Shown one piece after another: positions 1 through 11,288 of a stretch of 64,000 nt of DNA. This DNA is from Nageia nagi (lineage: Eukaryota; Plantae; Pinophyta), in the NCBI GenBank assembly GCA_050084985.1, contig JBITNC010000001.1, forward strand, positions 81,406,001 to 81,470,000, written 5' to 3'. The notes under the pieces were generated by a model. That model made no database searches. It had not been told where the DNA came from and saw only the letters and a list, made by a program, of their open reading frames with translations. The position numbers were made by a program, and so were the translations under genes. Position 1 is the first letter of the stretch. Each line of letters opens with the position of its first letter.

Positions 1-31
1 ACAAGGCCCAATAAATTTTTAACAAGATGCA

Positions 32-392
32 GTGGATGTTTGTACTTGGTTCTTATAAACCGAATGTTGTGGTTTGTGCATACTATCTTGAAGGAGCTTT
101 GAACTTCACTGCAAAAATATCCATAAGCCCTAAATCAGGTGTGTGGATGTGTGTAGTTGGTAATTGTAAATTGAATATTGTGGTTCATGCAAGCTATCTT
201 GAGTGAGCTTTGAACTTTAGTGCTAAAATACCCATAAACCTTGAATTGGGTGTGTGAAAGTGTCTACTTGGTGCTTATAAATCGAATGTTATGGTTTGTG
301 TAGGTTATCTTGAGGAAGCTTTCAACTTCACTACTAAAATACCCATAAACCTTGAATTGGATGTTTGCATATGAGCACTTGGTGCTTGTAAA
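32..392. repeat. Tandem repeat, 111-bp unit, ~3.3 copies
   Basis: Unit starts at 32, 143, 254 (gtggatgt.../gtgaaagt...); (g/a)agcttt(g/c)aac recurs at 94, 205, 316. Confidence 0.9.
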
Positions 393-419
393 TATTATGG
401 TTGTGAGTATCATGAGACA

Positions 420-770
420 TAAGATCTGAGATTTTTTTAACAAGATGTATAGCACAAATACAGTTTCATAGTTTGCAATGATTGCATGATGTAACAAAAT
501 GGATTTTTAAAAATTAAAGGGTCGTAGACATATGAAAAAATGTGTAAGAATAACACAAAATCTTGTATTTATTTAACAATATGCATGATGCAAATAAAAT
601 TTAAGAGTCTGCAATGATTGTGCAACACACAAAATGGGTTTTCTGAAAATTAAAGGCCCATAAATATGTGAAACATATGGAAGATTAACATGAGACTTAG
701 GATTTGTTTGACAAGATGCATGGTGAAAATACAATTTTATGATTTACAATGTTTACAGGATTCACGAGTT
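420..770. repeat. Degenerate tandem repeat, ~136-bp unit, ~2.5 copies
   Basis: tgcaatgatt...caaaatgg...aaaattaaagg at 474 and 610; partial third copy near 745. Confidence 0.7.
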
Positions 771-931
771 TTCTAAAAGAATGCAAAAAAATATAAAGCA
801 CATATATTCAGAATGTAAACAAATACAAGCTCACAAATGAATAATACAAGGTTACATACTAAAATACCTATTATCGCCTTGTCTTCCCATGTTCCCCTTC
901 ATCTTGCCTCATCTCCTCTCTAGTCTCACCT

Positions 932-1092
932 CCTCTCCTCTCATAATCCCAAATGCCCCTCTCTTCCTCCAAACCCCTCATCTCATAAAACTCAAAATGA
1001 CAAGAACATTCCTCTCCTCTCATAATCCCAAATGCCCCTCTCTTTCTCCAACACCCTCAGCTCGAAAAAACTCAAAATGAAGAGAACATTCC
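932..1092. repeat. ~80-bp pyrimidine-rich tandem duplication
   Basis: cctctcctctcataatcccaaatgcccctctct...aaaactcaaaatga..agaacattcc occurs twice back to back. Confidence 0.85.
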
Positions 1093-1589
1093 AAGTACAC
1101 CTAAGCTCACCACATGTGCCTTTTTTATTTTTTTTCTTTTCACTAAGTGGCGCATTTTTGTCGCCTCATTAATATTTTTGGAGGCGGTTATAAACCACCA
1201 CTTAAAATAAAAATTGGGGTGGTTAAAAATCATCGCTCACAAATTGCCTCAAATTACCCACTTCTAATGTCCTTTTTTTATCTAGTGCATGCACGGTTTA
1301 TCAAACATCATACCATTATTATGCATAGGTCAGGAAATAGAGAGAGGAAAATGATTTAAGCCCAATTTGTGAGTATCATTAGTGAATTATTTAATATTTA
1401 TTGTTTGAAAATATATAGTTAGATATTTTTGTATAGTACTAATTAAATATGTATTTGCTTGTAATATGTCACTTATGATCGATTCATTGACAAGAATGAA
1501 AAATATTATAGGATTACATTTAGCTTCAAAGAGTTGAGAGAAAGGGTATATGGGGAGGTAAGTAATCATTAGTATTTATGTATTTTTAT

Positions 1590-2703
1590 TTAATTAATTT
1601 ATTAGTACGTTATACGCATATAAGTAACATTTATTTTCTTATTACTTGCAGGTGAGTACTTAAAGACACATAGGGATTTGTGAGACTAAATCTCAAGATA
1701 GATCATGTTGATGTGGAGATGGTCAAGTAGGTTCCTATTCATGAGCCTAAGTTCGATCGTAGTGGTAGCACTAATAGTTATTCTATTGGTGATGGTAGTT
1801 CGAGTTTTTGTGGTAGTGATCAATAGGGTGGTGATCATAGGGAGTTTAGTAGTAATGATGATGATGATGATGATTTCACCCATTCTCTTAAGGAAGATAT
1901 TGAGTCAGTATAGCAACCACTAATAGTTCCTTATGGAACTTTGTTAACTTTGTATATATATTGTTAACTTCTTATGTAGTGATGATGTTTATTTTGTTGA
2001 CGTTTTATACGTAAATACAATTTTATGCTTTTGGTACAAATTTATATTCGAATACAATAATTTGTATTTTATATTAATTTTTTATTTAGTTAATTTAATT
2101 CAACAAATCAAATTAATTTTGAAAAATATGAAATTGTATTATAATATTATTATAATTTGTAATAAAATTAATTAAAATAATCAAAATTTAATAAATTTAA
2201 TTAAAATTTAGTAAAATTATCTATTATTATAATTTTTTATCAACAAATCAAAATTATTATATTCAACATTTCTGGAAAATTATTTTTTAAATTTATAAAT
2301 ATGGAAAAGAAATTAAAAATTGAGGTACACCGTTATTTGCAACGCAATGTAAGATGTTATTTGTGTCGTAAAAAATATTATTAACGATGTAGTAAGCGAC
2401 ATAAACTTCTATGATATTGTTAATTTACTTATGACATAATAAGCGATGTTGTCAGGGACGTAAACTAGTTGTAATTTAAGATGCGGATAATGATGCAATA
2501 AAACACTGCATAAATGATGCAAATATTAAACAAAGACGTGGTTTCAAAAAAACGAAATCCAGTAAATGATGCAATAAGAGATGCAGGTTATGACGTATTA
2601 CTTTGCATCGTATATTGGATCCTAAAAAGTGAACAAAAAATTAAAAATAATACATTGGGAAATGACACAATACGTGATGCAAAAGACGATTTATTTAGTA
2701 GTG
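1590..2703. mobile_element. Right end of a second CACTA transposon
   Basis: Ends ...gacgatttatttagTAGTG at 2703 (rc CACTACTAAATAAATCGTC); 2330-2690 holds many CpG-decayed subterminal repeats (aagcgac, aagcgatg, atgatgcaata, atgacgt). Left boundary approximate. Confidence 0.65.
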
Positions 2704-3089
2704 ACACTGAACATCAGCATGAGTAGTACATTCACGTCCTCACATGTTCTACCAACTATAACAAACCATCAATTTGAGTTAAAATACAAATAAATAAGAA
2801 AAATTCTATAAAAGTTATTAATTTATCACATTCTGCCTGTGTGTAGTACAGGTTGGTGTGTTGCATACTGGTTGGCTAATCGGTAGGTGGTTGGATGAGG
2901 TTGGCTAGTTCACCTGTTGGTTTGAATTAGTCGGACCTATCCTTGCGAACTATGAAGGGCTCAAAACTCCAACAAAAAATAAAATTAACTAGGGCCTTTC
3001 TTCATCATTGGTCTTGCCTACTTAATCCATATTTGTAACATCATGTTGCTCAAATTCACCACTAACTTATGATTGGTAAACTATATTAG

Positions 3090-5950
3090 GCTTATGGAGC
3101 TCATATCAAGGCTCATATGCACTAAGCTTAAAATTAACAAGAATGTCTCAAACGAAATTTTCAATTAGCTCAAGTCTTATCATCATAATTTACAAAATCA
3201 AGGTTATTAAAGAACATAAGGTATGTCTCACAACTTTACTTGCTATTTTATAAGCGTTTGATAAATGTTATCAACAATTAGTTTTCTTAAAAACTTTTAC
3301 AAACTAGAAGAATCTATTCTTTCATGATTTCCTTGTGATTATACTAATTGAATATTTTGAAATATAGAAAATCGATGATGATCGATATCTATCTCTTGAA
3401 TATATTTATGACGCTCTCTCTCAGATGACCCATGATAAATCCCTATATTTGGATGGATTTCCTATGAAATTTATAAATCACTAAGGATATAGTGGATCTA
3501 AACTTGCTTCATGTTATCAAAAAATCATGGCTATTAGTTCCATTAGCCTTATTATTAATAAAGAAATTATTAAGTTCATTCCCAACTCTAGGGATCGAAA
3601 ACTCATTACTAATTGAAGCTTGATAATTTTGCTACATATTTCATCTAATATTATCGCCAAAGATTTATTTCTCTATGAGAACCATACTACCATTGATTAT
3701 TAGACCAAAGTAAGTAAGTTTTATTTGCAATATAGATGTATTCTTCATAACATTTTGATTTTTTGGAAAGGTATGGAGTGAGCTAAGGAATCCAATCAAC
3801 CTTATTTGTTTATCAAGATTTACTTTAAAAAGCATATAATCATTCTAAATGGTATTTTATTCTTGCCATGCTCAAATCTTTGGGCTTTGGTGTAAAATGT
3901 TGTTAACTTAGTCAAAATACTTTTTGTCAATGCTTTTGTTGTACTAACTCTAAACACATTTCAATTATAAGTTATATGGTTTTTTTCTCTATATATATTA
4001 TCTAAGGTTATCCTTTCCCCCCTATCTTTATGTTCTTGTTGTTGAAGGTTTCAATTACTTTATGGCTCATCACATTTTCCTTATTATATAATCAAAGAAA
4101 TTTCTCTTTCCAACAACCATTCTAGAGTACTTAATGACCACTTTGTATATGATTCTTTCCTTGCTTTAGTATAAGAAGAAATATTTTTCAAATAAAAATT
4201 AGAATTCAATTTATAAATTTTTTTATCAAGCCTCTAGCTTAAGAATTTAATGGCATAAAATTCTATGTTACTACCAATCTGATTCTCCTCTTCCTAAGTA
4301 GTTTCCTCAATTCCAATTAAAATGGATTCTTGCAAGATAAACATTTTAATTCCTTGGCATTTTCTTTGCATTCCAGGATTTTCCTTTGATTTTTTTAAAA
4401 ATATGTTATCTAACATATGGAATCTAAACGATCTTATTGTACTACTAAGAAATATTTTTTGGTTTGCAAATTTCAAGTTTATTTAAGATATTGGCTAGAA
4501 CTTGTGTGTATAATTCTTCCTGTTAGGTTCCTCTAAGGCTTATTATCAACATTTGAAAAAGTTGTTTAATGATTTTCTATAGTCAAGTTTTGCTACAATT
4601 TATTGCTTTCATAAAGTTGCTTAGGACATATATTGTCTTCTTAAGCAATTTGAAGGAATGTGTATTTTATATTATAATAGTTATTAATGTAAGACACTTT
4701 ATGCTGAATGGATTATTTGAGCTAATAACAATAATATAGCCTTGAAAATTCTCATCAAGCACTATATTACTTTTGATTTTCTTTATGGATAAAAAGAGTA
4801 TAAAGGGATGGATTTCCCTTCTATTTTTCTTCCCTATGTGCCTATCAAGATAAGCAAGTCCTTTATCATTGAAAGTATTTAAAAAGCTTGGGAAGTAATT
4901 AAACCATGGCTTCTCTAGAAAGGGGATTCTTTTAGGAATGAATTATCAATTAATTCTTTTAATTTTTGGTTGTACCCTATTTTAACTTTATAGGGAATTC
5001 CTTTGCTCAATTCCCTTGGATTCATACGAAAAAAAATCTACAAATAAGGGATACACATAGTAGTTATCTTTTTGTTGTTACTTTATTAAGAATTTTTACC
5101 ATGATAAAATATTAAGTCTACTTTAAATTTTGTTATTTCAAATATGGAGAATTTTCATGCAAGAAAATAAAATGTACTTATCACCATGTTCTATAAATCA
5201 ATGTCTTCTCTCAATGACCTTCATGGAAATATTTGTGATGGTACCATAACACACTAATTCTTAAGTATAAGACCTAAATTGGTTATTCATCACTCTCCAC
5301 ACATGTTCCTATGGTTGTAAAACTAAATGAGTGATAGGGTATCTCCTCACCCACTTTCATTTAGGCTTCATATTTATAAAACTTACAACTTATTAGTTAG
5401 AACCAAAACATGCCTTTTTTTCTTAGAGTTTATTTTTTAAGGTCATACAATTGGTAAACATTTGCAATACTTTGGTGAATCTAATGCTACTTACACTTTC
5501 TATTATCCTCTAGAAGATCTCAAAGATCTTTGCTAGAGTTAAACTAATATTTAGGATGTCTAGAGGTGGATGTTTTCATTCTTTTAGCCTTTCCTCCCCC
5601 ATTAGTTTATATGATAATAAATTCATTTAGGTAATCCTCTTCACCTCCCCCTTCTCTTTACAGAAACTTGGTACTTGTCTAGGATTAACATTATTTTCTT
5701 ATTATGGGAAGCTATAAATGATAATATATTTTTTCATGCCTATGATACACTTTATTTTACTATGTTTGATAAAGTGTGAATTATTTTTTATGTGCTATTG
5801 TAGTTTTTAATCCAAATTAATAAAGTGGTTATGGAGATGGCTCATCTACAAACCCTCATTGGTAATTGGAGGAATACTACATGCTTTATTATTAGAGTTC
5901 CTTTTGAGCATTCGCTTCCCAAATATAGCTCTTGACAATTAAAATATTAA
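3090..5950 (+). mobile_element. Degenerate L1-type LINE ORF2 (reverse transcriptase plus zf-RVT remnant), 5'-truncated
   Basis: Manual translation across frameshifts: DKSLYLDGFPMKF (~3435, KSPGxDGF motif), INKEIIKFIPNSRDRKLITN* (~3555), CILHNILIFWKGME*AKESNQPYLFIKIYFKK (~3740-3830), PYLYVLVVEG (~4020), NDHFVYDSFL (~4135, FADD-like). Boundaries approximate. Confidence 0.8.
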
Positions 5951-6223
5951 CATTTTTCTCTCAGCAAGTGTTCCCAACATCATTTGTTGGCACTCTTCAT
6001 TGAGAGTTTTAGATGACCCTTTAGTAAGACTAGATAAACTCCTCGTATTTTTTGGTTATTTCTTTGATCAAGAATAATGAGTCTATTGTTGCTAGGTAGA
6101 ACATACAACCAAAGGATACATATATTATCTTTGGATGAGTTGTTGAACCCTTTAAACTAATTTGATGAATATGGATGAGAAATCTCTCCCTCAAAGGATC
6201 CACCTCAATTATAATTAGGCCGA

Positions 6224-6940
6224 GAGGCATAACTACAATGATAGCCAAGGGGTGGAGGTGGGGAGCCAAAATATCACGTTGTCTATCTTGTCATAAACAT
6301 TTGGTCAACTATTTTGATTTTATTAAAATTTTAATACAAAGTTGACTATACTAATTTTAATAAATATTTTTTTATATATAAATGAAATGTTTAATAAATT
6401 TCAAATCATAAAATAAAATTAATTAGAATTCAACTATGTAACCATTTACTATATCCAAGATAAACATCTCGGGAATTATATCTCTTGGCATTTCTTGATA
6501 TATAAGTGAGGCGTAACTACAATGGCAGTCAAAGGGGTGGGGGTTTAGGAGCCAAAATATCGCATCACCTGTTCGGTCATAAACATTTGGCCAACTATTT
6601 TGATTTTATTAAAATTTTAATACAAAATTGATTATATTAGTTTTAATAAATATTTTTTATATATAAATGAAATGTTTAATAAATTTCAAATCACAAAATA
6701 AAACTAATTAGAATTCAGTTATATTACCATTTGCTATATGCAAGATAAACATCTCGAAAATTATATCTTTTGATGTTTCTTGATATATAAGGGGTTATAT
6801 CAAAGCTAGTAATTATGTTGAGAGGCATTCCTCAGTTGCAACCAACCAGGGGTTAGAGAGCTTGAATGTCACGTTGTCCATTTGATCAACTATTTTAATT
6901 TTATTAATATTTTAACACAAAGTTGAATATATTAGTATTT
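6224..6940. repeat. 284-bp tandem duplication plus a diverged partial third copy
   Basis: Copies start gaggcataactacaatg (6224) and gaggcgtaactacaatg (6508) and align to tgatatataag; third partial copy from ~6820. Confidence 0.9.
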
Positions 6941-7405
6941 AAAAATTAACCTCTAATAAGGAAAAGAGAAAATATATTATTGAATTTTAAATTTACATTT
7001 ATTTAATTTTAGGATATCAATTTTAAATTTTATCAACACATATTTTTTAAATTTAGTAACTTTTTATTCATCTAATAAATTTTGGATTTTGTATAAAAAA
7101 TTTCTTTAATTTATTTTATTAAAAAAAAGGTTTAGATGATTTGAAAGAATGATTGATTAAAAGTTATTAAATATAACTATACTAAGAAATAAGATAAACT
7201 AGTGATATCTCTAGGTGTTTTTTATATATATAAGAAGGTTAGATAAAAACTAATTTATATAATTTAAGGAAACCTTTATGATCTCATCATAATTGATTAT
7301 CTTGATTAATGTCTTTTTATTAACAATTATCAAATTATCCCTTTTTATCTTTATTTAAATATGCTTAAATAAAATTATTATATCAATATATCTAAATTAT
7401 TATAT

Positions 7406-7408
<3 letters not shown>

Positions 7409-7462
<54 letters not shown>
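7409..7462. repeat. (AT)n microsatellite
   Basis: Perfect AT run, ~27 units. Confidence 0.98.
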
Positions 7463-7464
<2 letters not shown>

Positions 7465-7689
7465 CCAAATTATAGTTAAACATAATACAGACACTTAAAC
7501 AAACCCAAATGTATGCTTGGAATCTGTGCTTTAGATAAACACATCTCACATTTCCGATGCATTTTACAAAACATTGTCTTGCTTTTGGACAAATTGGTTA
7601 AATTGGTCGTTCTGTATTTCGTCTTGTTTACACTTTGACTGACAGACCCTTCACGACACGAAATAGATCGTTACTCCACAGTGTTGAGG

Positions 7690-7740
7690 CGCCTGCATGC
7701 ATTTATGATGAGCCCCTCCCAACCGCATGCTTATAAGACA
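7690..7740 (+). promoter_or_regulatory. Putative core promoter of the FKD-like gene
   Basis: TATAAG at 7732-7737, ~125 bp before the ATG; RY-like TGCATGCA at 7694-7701; CpG dinucleotides are retained locally. Confidence 0.35.
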
Positions 7741-7859
7741 AGTCATGGTCTTCCATCTCTGCAACCCAGCTTTTCAAGGCTGTTAAATTTGTAATATGGG
7801 CTGTCCACTGTACTGAAAGTAAGGTAGATCAGTAAAAGTGAAGTTAAGCAAGAAAGGAG

Positions 7860-9708
7860 ATGGAAATGAGTTTGGAGAATATTGGAGAAGAGGATGAATG
7901 TTTGGGTTCAATGCCTGAATGCCCAGAAACTCCTAAAGAGCCCATGGAGTTTTTAGCCCGGTCATGGAGTGTTTCGGCATTGGAAGTTTCCAGAGCCTTG
8001 ACGCCATTGATGGAGCAGCAAAAGAAGATTGCAGATCCAAATGATGGTTTGAAGGGAGATGAAGAGGAACCCCTTCAATGGCCTACATTTTCTTTTGGAT
8101 CTCTTCAGGGAGCTTCTTGCATGGAGAGCATTGTTTTGAACACAGTGAGTTTGATTCAATTTGTGACTGGGTATTTATATTTATGATAAGATGATTTTTG
8201 CTTGATTGGATTGTGTTGCTGTGGATTTCAGTTGAAGGGGAAGACTGCGAGGAGGTGGATCAAGGACAAAAAGGTCAAGAGAAAGGAGGAGCAAAGAGCT
8301 CACAATGCACAAGTTCATGCTGCCATGTCTGTGGGAGGAGTTGCAGCAGCAGTGGCTGCAATTGCTGCTGCATCAGGTCATAATCAGAACGAGAACGAGG
8401 ATCAGCAGCCCAATACCACCATGGCTGTAGCTTCTGCTGCTGCTCTTGTTGCATCTCATTGTGTAGAAATGGCCATGTCTATGGGAGCAGATCCTTCTAA
8501 AATGGCTTCTCTTCTCAATTCTGCTGCCAATGTCAAGACTCCTGGGGATGTCATCACTTTAACAGCAGGAGCAGCCACAGGTATTGATATCCTCTTTGAA
8601 ATAGATTGATCCCTGCAGTGATTGAATAGAGATGGGGACAACAATGTGTTTCGTTTTTTTTGTCTCTTAGAGTAGAGGGTGTTTTGATTTTCCTCTAGAA
8701 CCATGTGTTTGTAAACTTCCAACATTACCAGAACGCCTTGACGTTTCTTGCATTATGATTTGAATAGGAGACATGGGAGCATGTTATAGTTTAACTATGG
8801 CCTAAGTTTCTTGAATTTAAATTTTGAATGGTTTATGATAACAGCTCTGCGTGGAGCTGCAACTCTGCAGGCAAGAATTGCAAGGGAAGCACAGGCCAAT
8901 CCTGCAATTATTCCATTCGACAAAGGCTCCAATACAAGCCCAAGCCCAAGTCCATCCATGGGGCCAAGTAGAGAGCTGAGTGAGTTGGGAATCTGTAGTC
9001 AGGATGTTCTAGCTAAAGGCTGTGAGTTGCTAAAACGCACAAGAAAAGGTAGTTTCCATATTCAGATCACATCTTTTTCATGTTATTGTCTCTTTATCTT
9101 TACTTAAGCAGGAAATGACATGATATTGTTGGTTGAAAGTAGGGGCTTTTCACTGGAAAATGGTGTTTGTGTACATCAAAAACGGTCAGGTAAGAAAAAT
9201 ACCATGATGTCCATTATGGTTGTCATTCCCATCGCATGAAACCTATAATCATTCCATTGAAGGTGGTACCGTACTTATAGCTTCATGAGTAATTGCAGAG
9301 CATGAATATAGACTTCATGTTGTGGAACAATGCAGGTGGTGGTGAAATTGAAGAGCAAGCACATGGGTGGCACGTTTGCAAAGAAGAGAAAAAGTAGGGA
9401 GGTTCTCAAGCTTTACTGTGATCAATCTCATTCTCTATTCATTCATGTTTTGGAGTATATTCTTTTTTATATACATGATGCTAATTCTGGTAAAGCTATA
9501 TGCTATGATGATGGCAGTTGTAGTATATAAGGTTCATAAAGAGCTGCCTGCATGGCCTGACAGGGAAGAAAGGGAGGAGAGATGTCACTTTGGTATTGAG
9601 ACAGCCACTGGAGTGATCCAGTTTGAATGTGGGAATAAGAGAATACACCAGATATTCACTCAAGGGATTGAGTATCTCCTTTCTCTAACACGACCTGATA
9701 CTCCATGA
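7860..9708 (+). CDS. FKD1-like: FORKED/VAN3-binding protein family (DUF828 auxin-canalisation domain + plant PH-like domain); exons 7860-8144, 8232-8580, 8845-9048, 9143-9189, 9336-9393, 9518-9708; 377 aa
   Basis: Family motifs [105 protein letters not shown]. All five introns are GT-AG with compatible phases (0,1,1,0,1); spliced CDS is 1134 nt with no internal stop. Confidence 0.93.
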
Positions 9709-9934
9709 ATAACAGTTAATGAATCTGGAAGGAGACTTAGTATTTTGCCCTGAAAGGCTGCAGAGTCAAATGTAATCAGACAAAAACTGAATTTACAATA
9801 TTTATTAAATTATATACTAACATTTACTTTTGTCATCCATTCATTCCCTCTCATATTTAACATTATCGAATCTGCTTGTGAACATAGATTGGTAAAGTGT
9901 ATTGTTTCCACTTTTATAGTTCTATTTTATCTGT

Positions 9935-10250
9935 GCAGGTTTGGATAGTAAGATCTAAGAAAGGTAATAGTATTTAATAGATTAGGTGATTTTTAAGATA
10001 GTAGGGGTACATAATAGATTAGGTTAGGATTGTGATATTTGATATTTAAGATTTTAAGGTTTGGATAGCAAGTTTTAAGAAATATTTAATAGAGTTCAAT
10101 TGATATTTAAGAGATTAGGTTAGGATAGTGATATTTGATATTTAAGAGATAAGGTTTGGATACCAAGATTTAAGGAAAGTAATATTATTTGATAGATTAG
10201 GTTTATGATTGGTATTTAAGAGATTATATCTATACAAAAATATTTAAGAG
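9935..10250. repeat. Degenerate tandem repeat downstream of the gene
   Basis: ggtttggata(g/c)..aag and gattaggttaggat.gtgatatttgatatttaaga each recur 2-3 times. Confidence 0.7.
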
Positions 10251-11288
10251 GGATGATAGCATTATAAAGGTAATTTTTATTTTATTTTTAAGTTGTTGTT
10301 TATTTATTATAATTTTATTTATGTTTTAATACAATTTTATTTACTCATCATGTAGGGGCAAGAATACTTGAACCTAAGTCTCCCTTAAAATGTTTCCTTC
10401 ACTTTCTTAACTCTCTAAATATTATCATCAATCTATTATAATAATTAATTAAATTTACTATTTAATCAACTTTGAATTAATAATCTAAAATAATTAATTG
10501 GATTTTATTATTTAATCAACCTTGAATTAAGATTTTTTATTTCTTTTAATATTCATGTATTATATATAATGTATATAAATATATTATATTTATTAAAATT
10601 TTCTACTAAATTTAATATAAATACATAATAATTTTTTAAAATATTTTAATGATAAAAAAATATTAAATAAAAAATCATAAGATGATGGGATCTTTAATTT
10701 TATATTTAAAATATCAAAAAAGTAAATATTTAAATTATAAATTTTTAACAAAGATCAAGATATATTTAATGAAAATTAATTAAGTACTAAAACCTATCTA
10801 ATTAACACAATACACTATGATAATGGTAAATATATGGAAATAATACACAATGAATATTCTTTTATAAACATTATAAATTTTGAAATAACATCATAGGATT
10901 AATATCATATATTTTTTACATTCATATTAGAAGTTCTTATAATGATGAGTTTGTCAAAAATCATTATAGTACTTTTTAAAAATTCTAATAATTTTTGTTT
11001 ATTTAGTTCTAGTTTTAGTCTTTACGAATAATAACCTTCAATAAGAGATTAATTACATGAAATATATAAATACATCAATATTATAATTCTATAGAATTTT
11101 GAAGCAAAGATAATAGATGAACTATAAAGCTAAGTGCTAAATAATCAATAATGAAAAGTTGATCTTCTTTGAATATATTTCAATTGAGTTTGATTCTTGA
11201 TATTATTGAAATATTGAATTCATAAACATCAAGGAATACCCCACAAAAATCCCAAATTGTTGAGGACCATCAACAAAGCTCATAGAAT

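Larger units (their letters stand above)
1..1287. mobile_element. Right end of a CACTA (En/Spm) DNA transposon
   Basis: Ends ...gtcctttttttatcTAGTG at 1287 (reverse complement CACTAGATAAAAAAAGGAC), preceded by short GC-rich subterminal motifs (gtggcg, gtcgcc, ggcggtt, catcgc). Left boundary not seen. Confidence 0.6.

Noticed and set aside
32-392. Regularly spaced repeats as a CRISPR array
   Set aside because: Whole 111-bp units are homologous, there are no unique spacers, and the context is eukaryotic with no cas genes.
1141-1287. CACTA at 1141 and TAGTG at 1287 as a 147-bp mini-CACTA
   Set aside because: The inverted match does not extend beyond 5 bp and the flanks (TTT/CAT) are not a TSD.
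1686-1923. Overlapping ORFs rich in I/T or V/M
   Set aside because: Produced by GAT/GGT low-complexity sequence, possibly a decayed CACTA exon; no domain recognised.
7962-8725. Antisense and alternative-frame ORFs over the FKD-like gene
   Set aside because: Shadows of the real coding exons.
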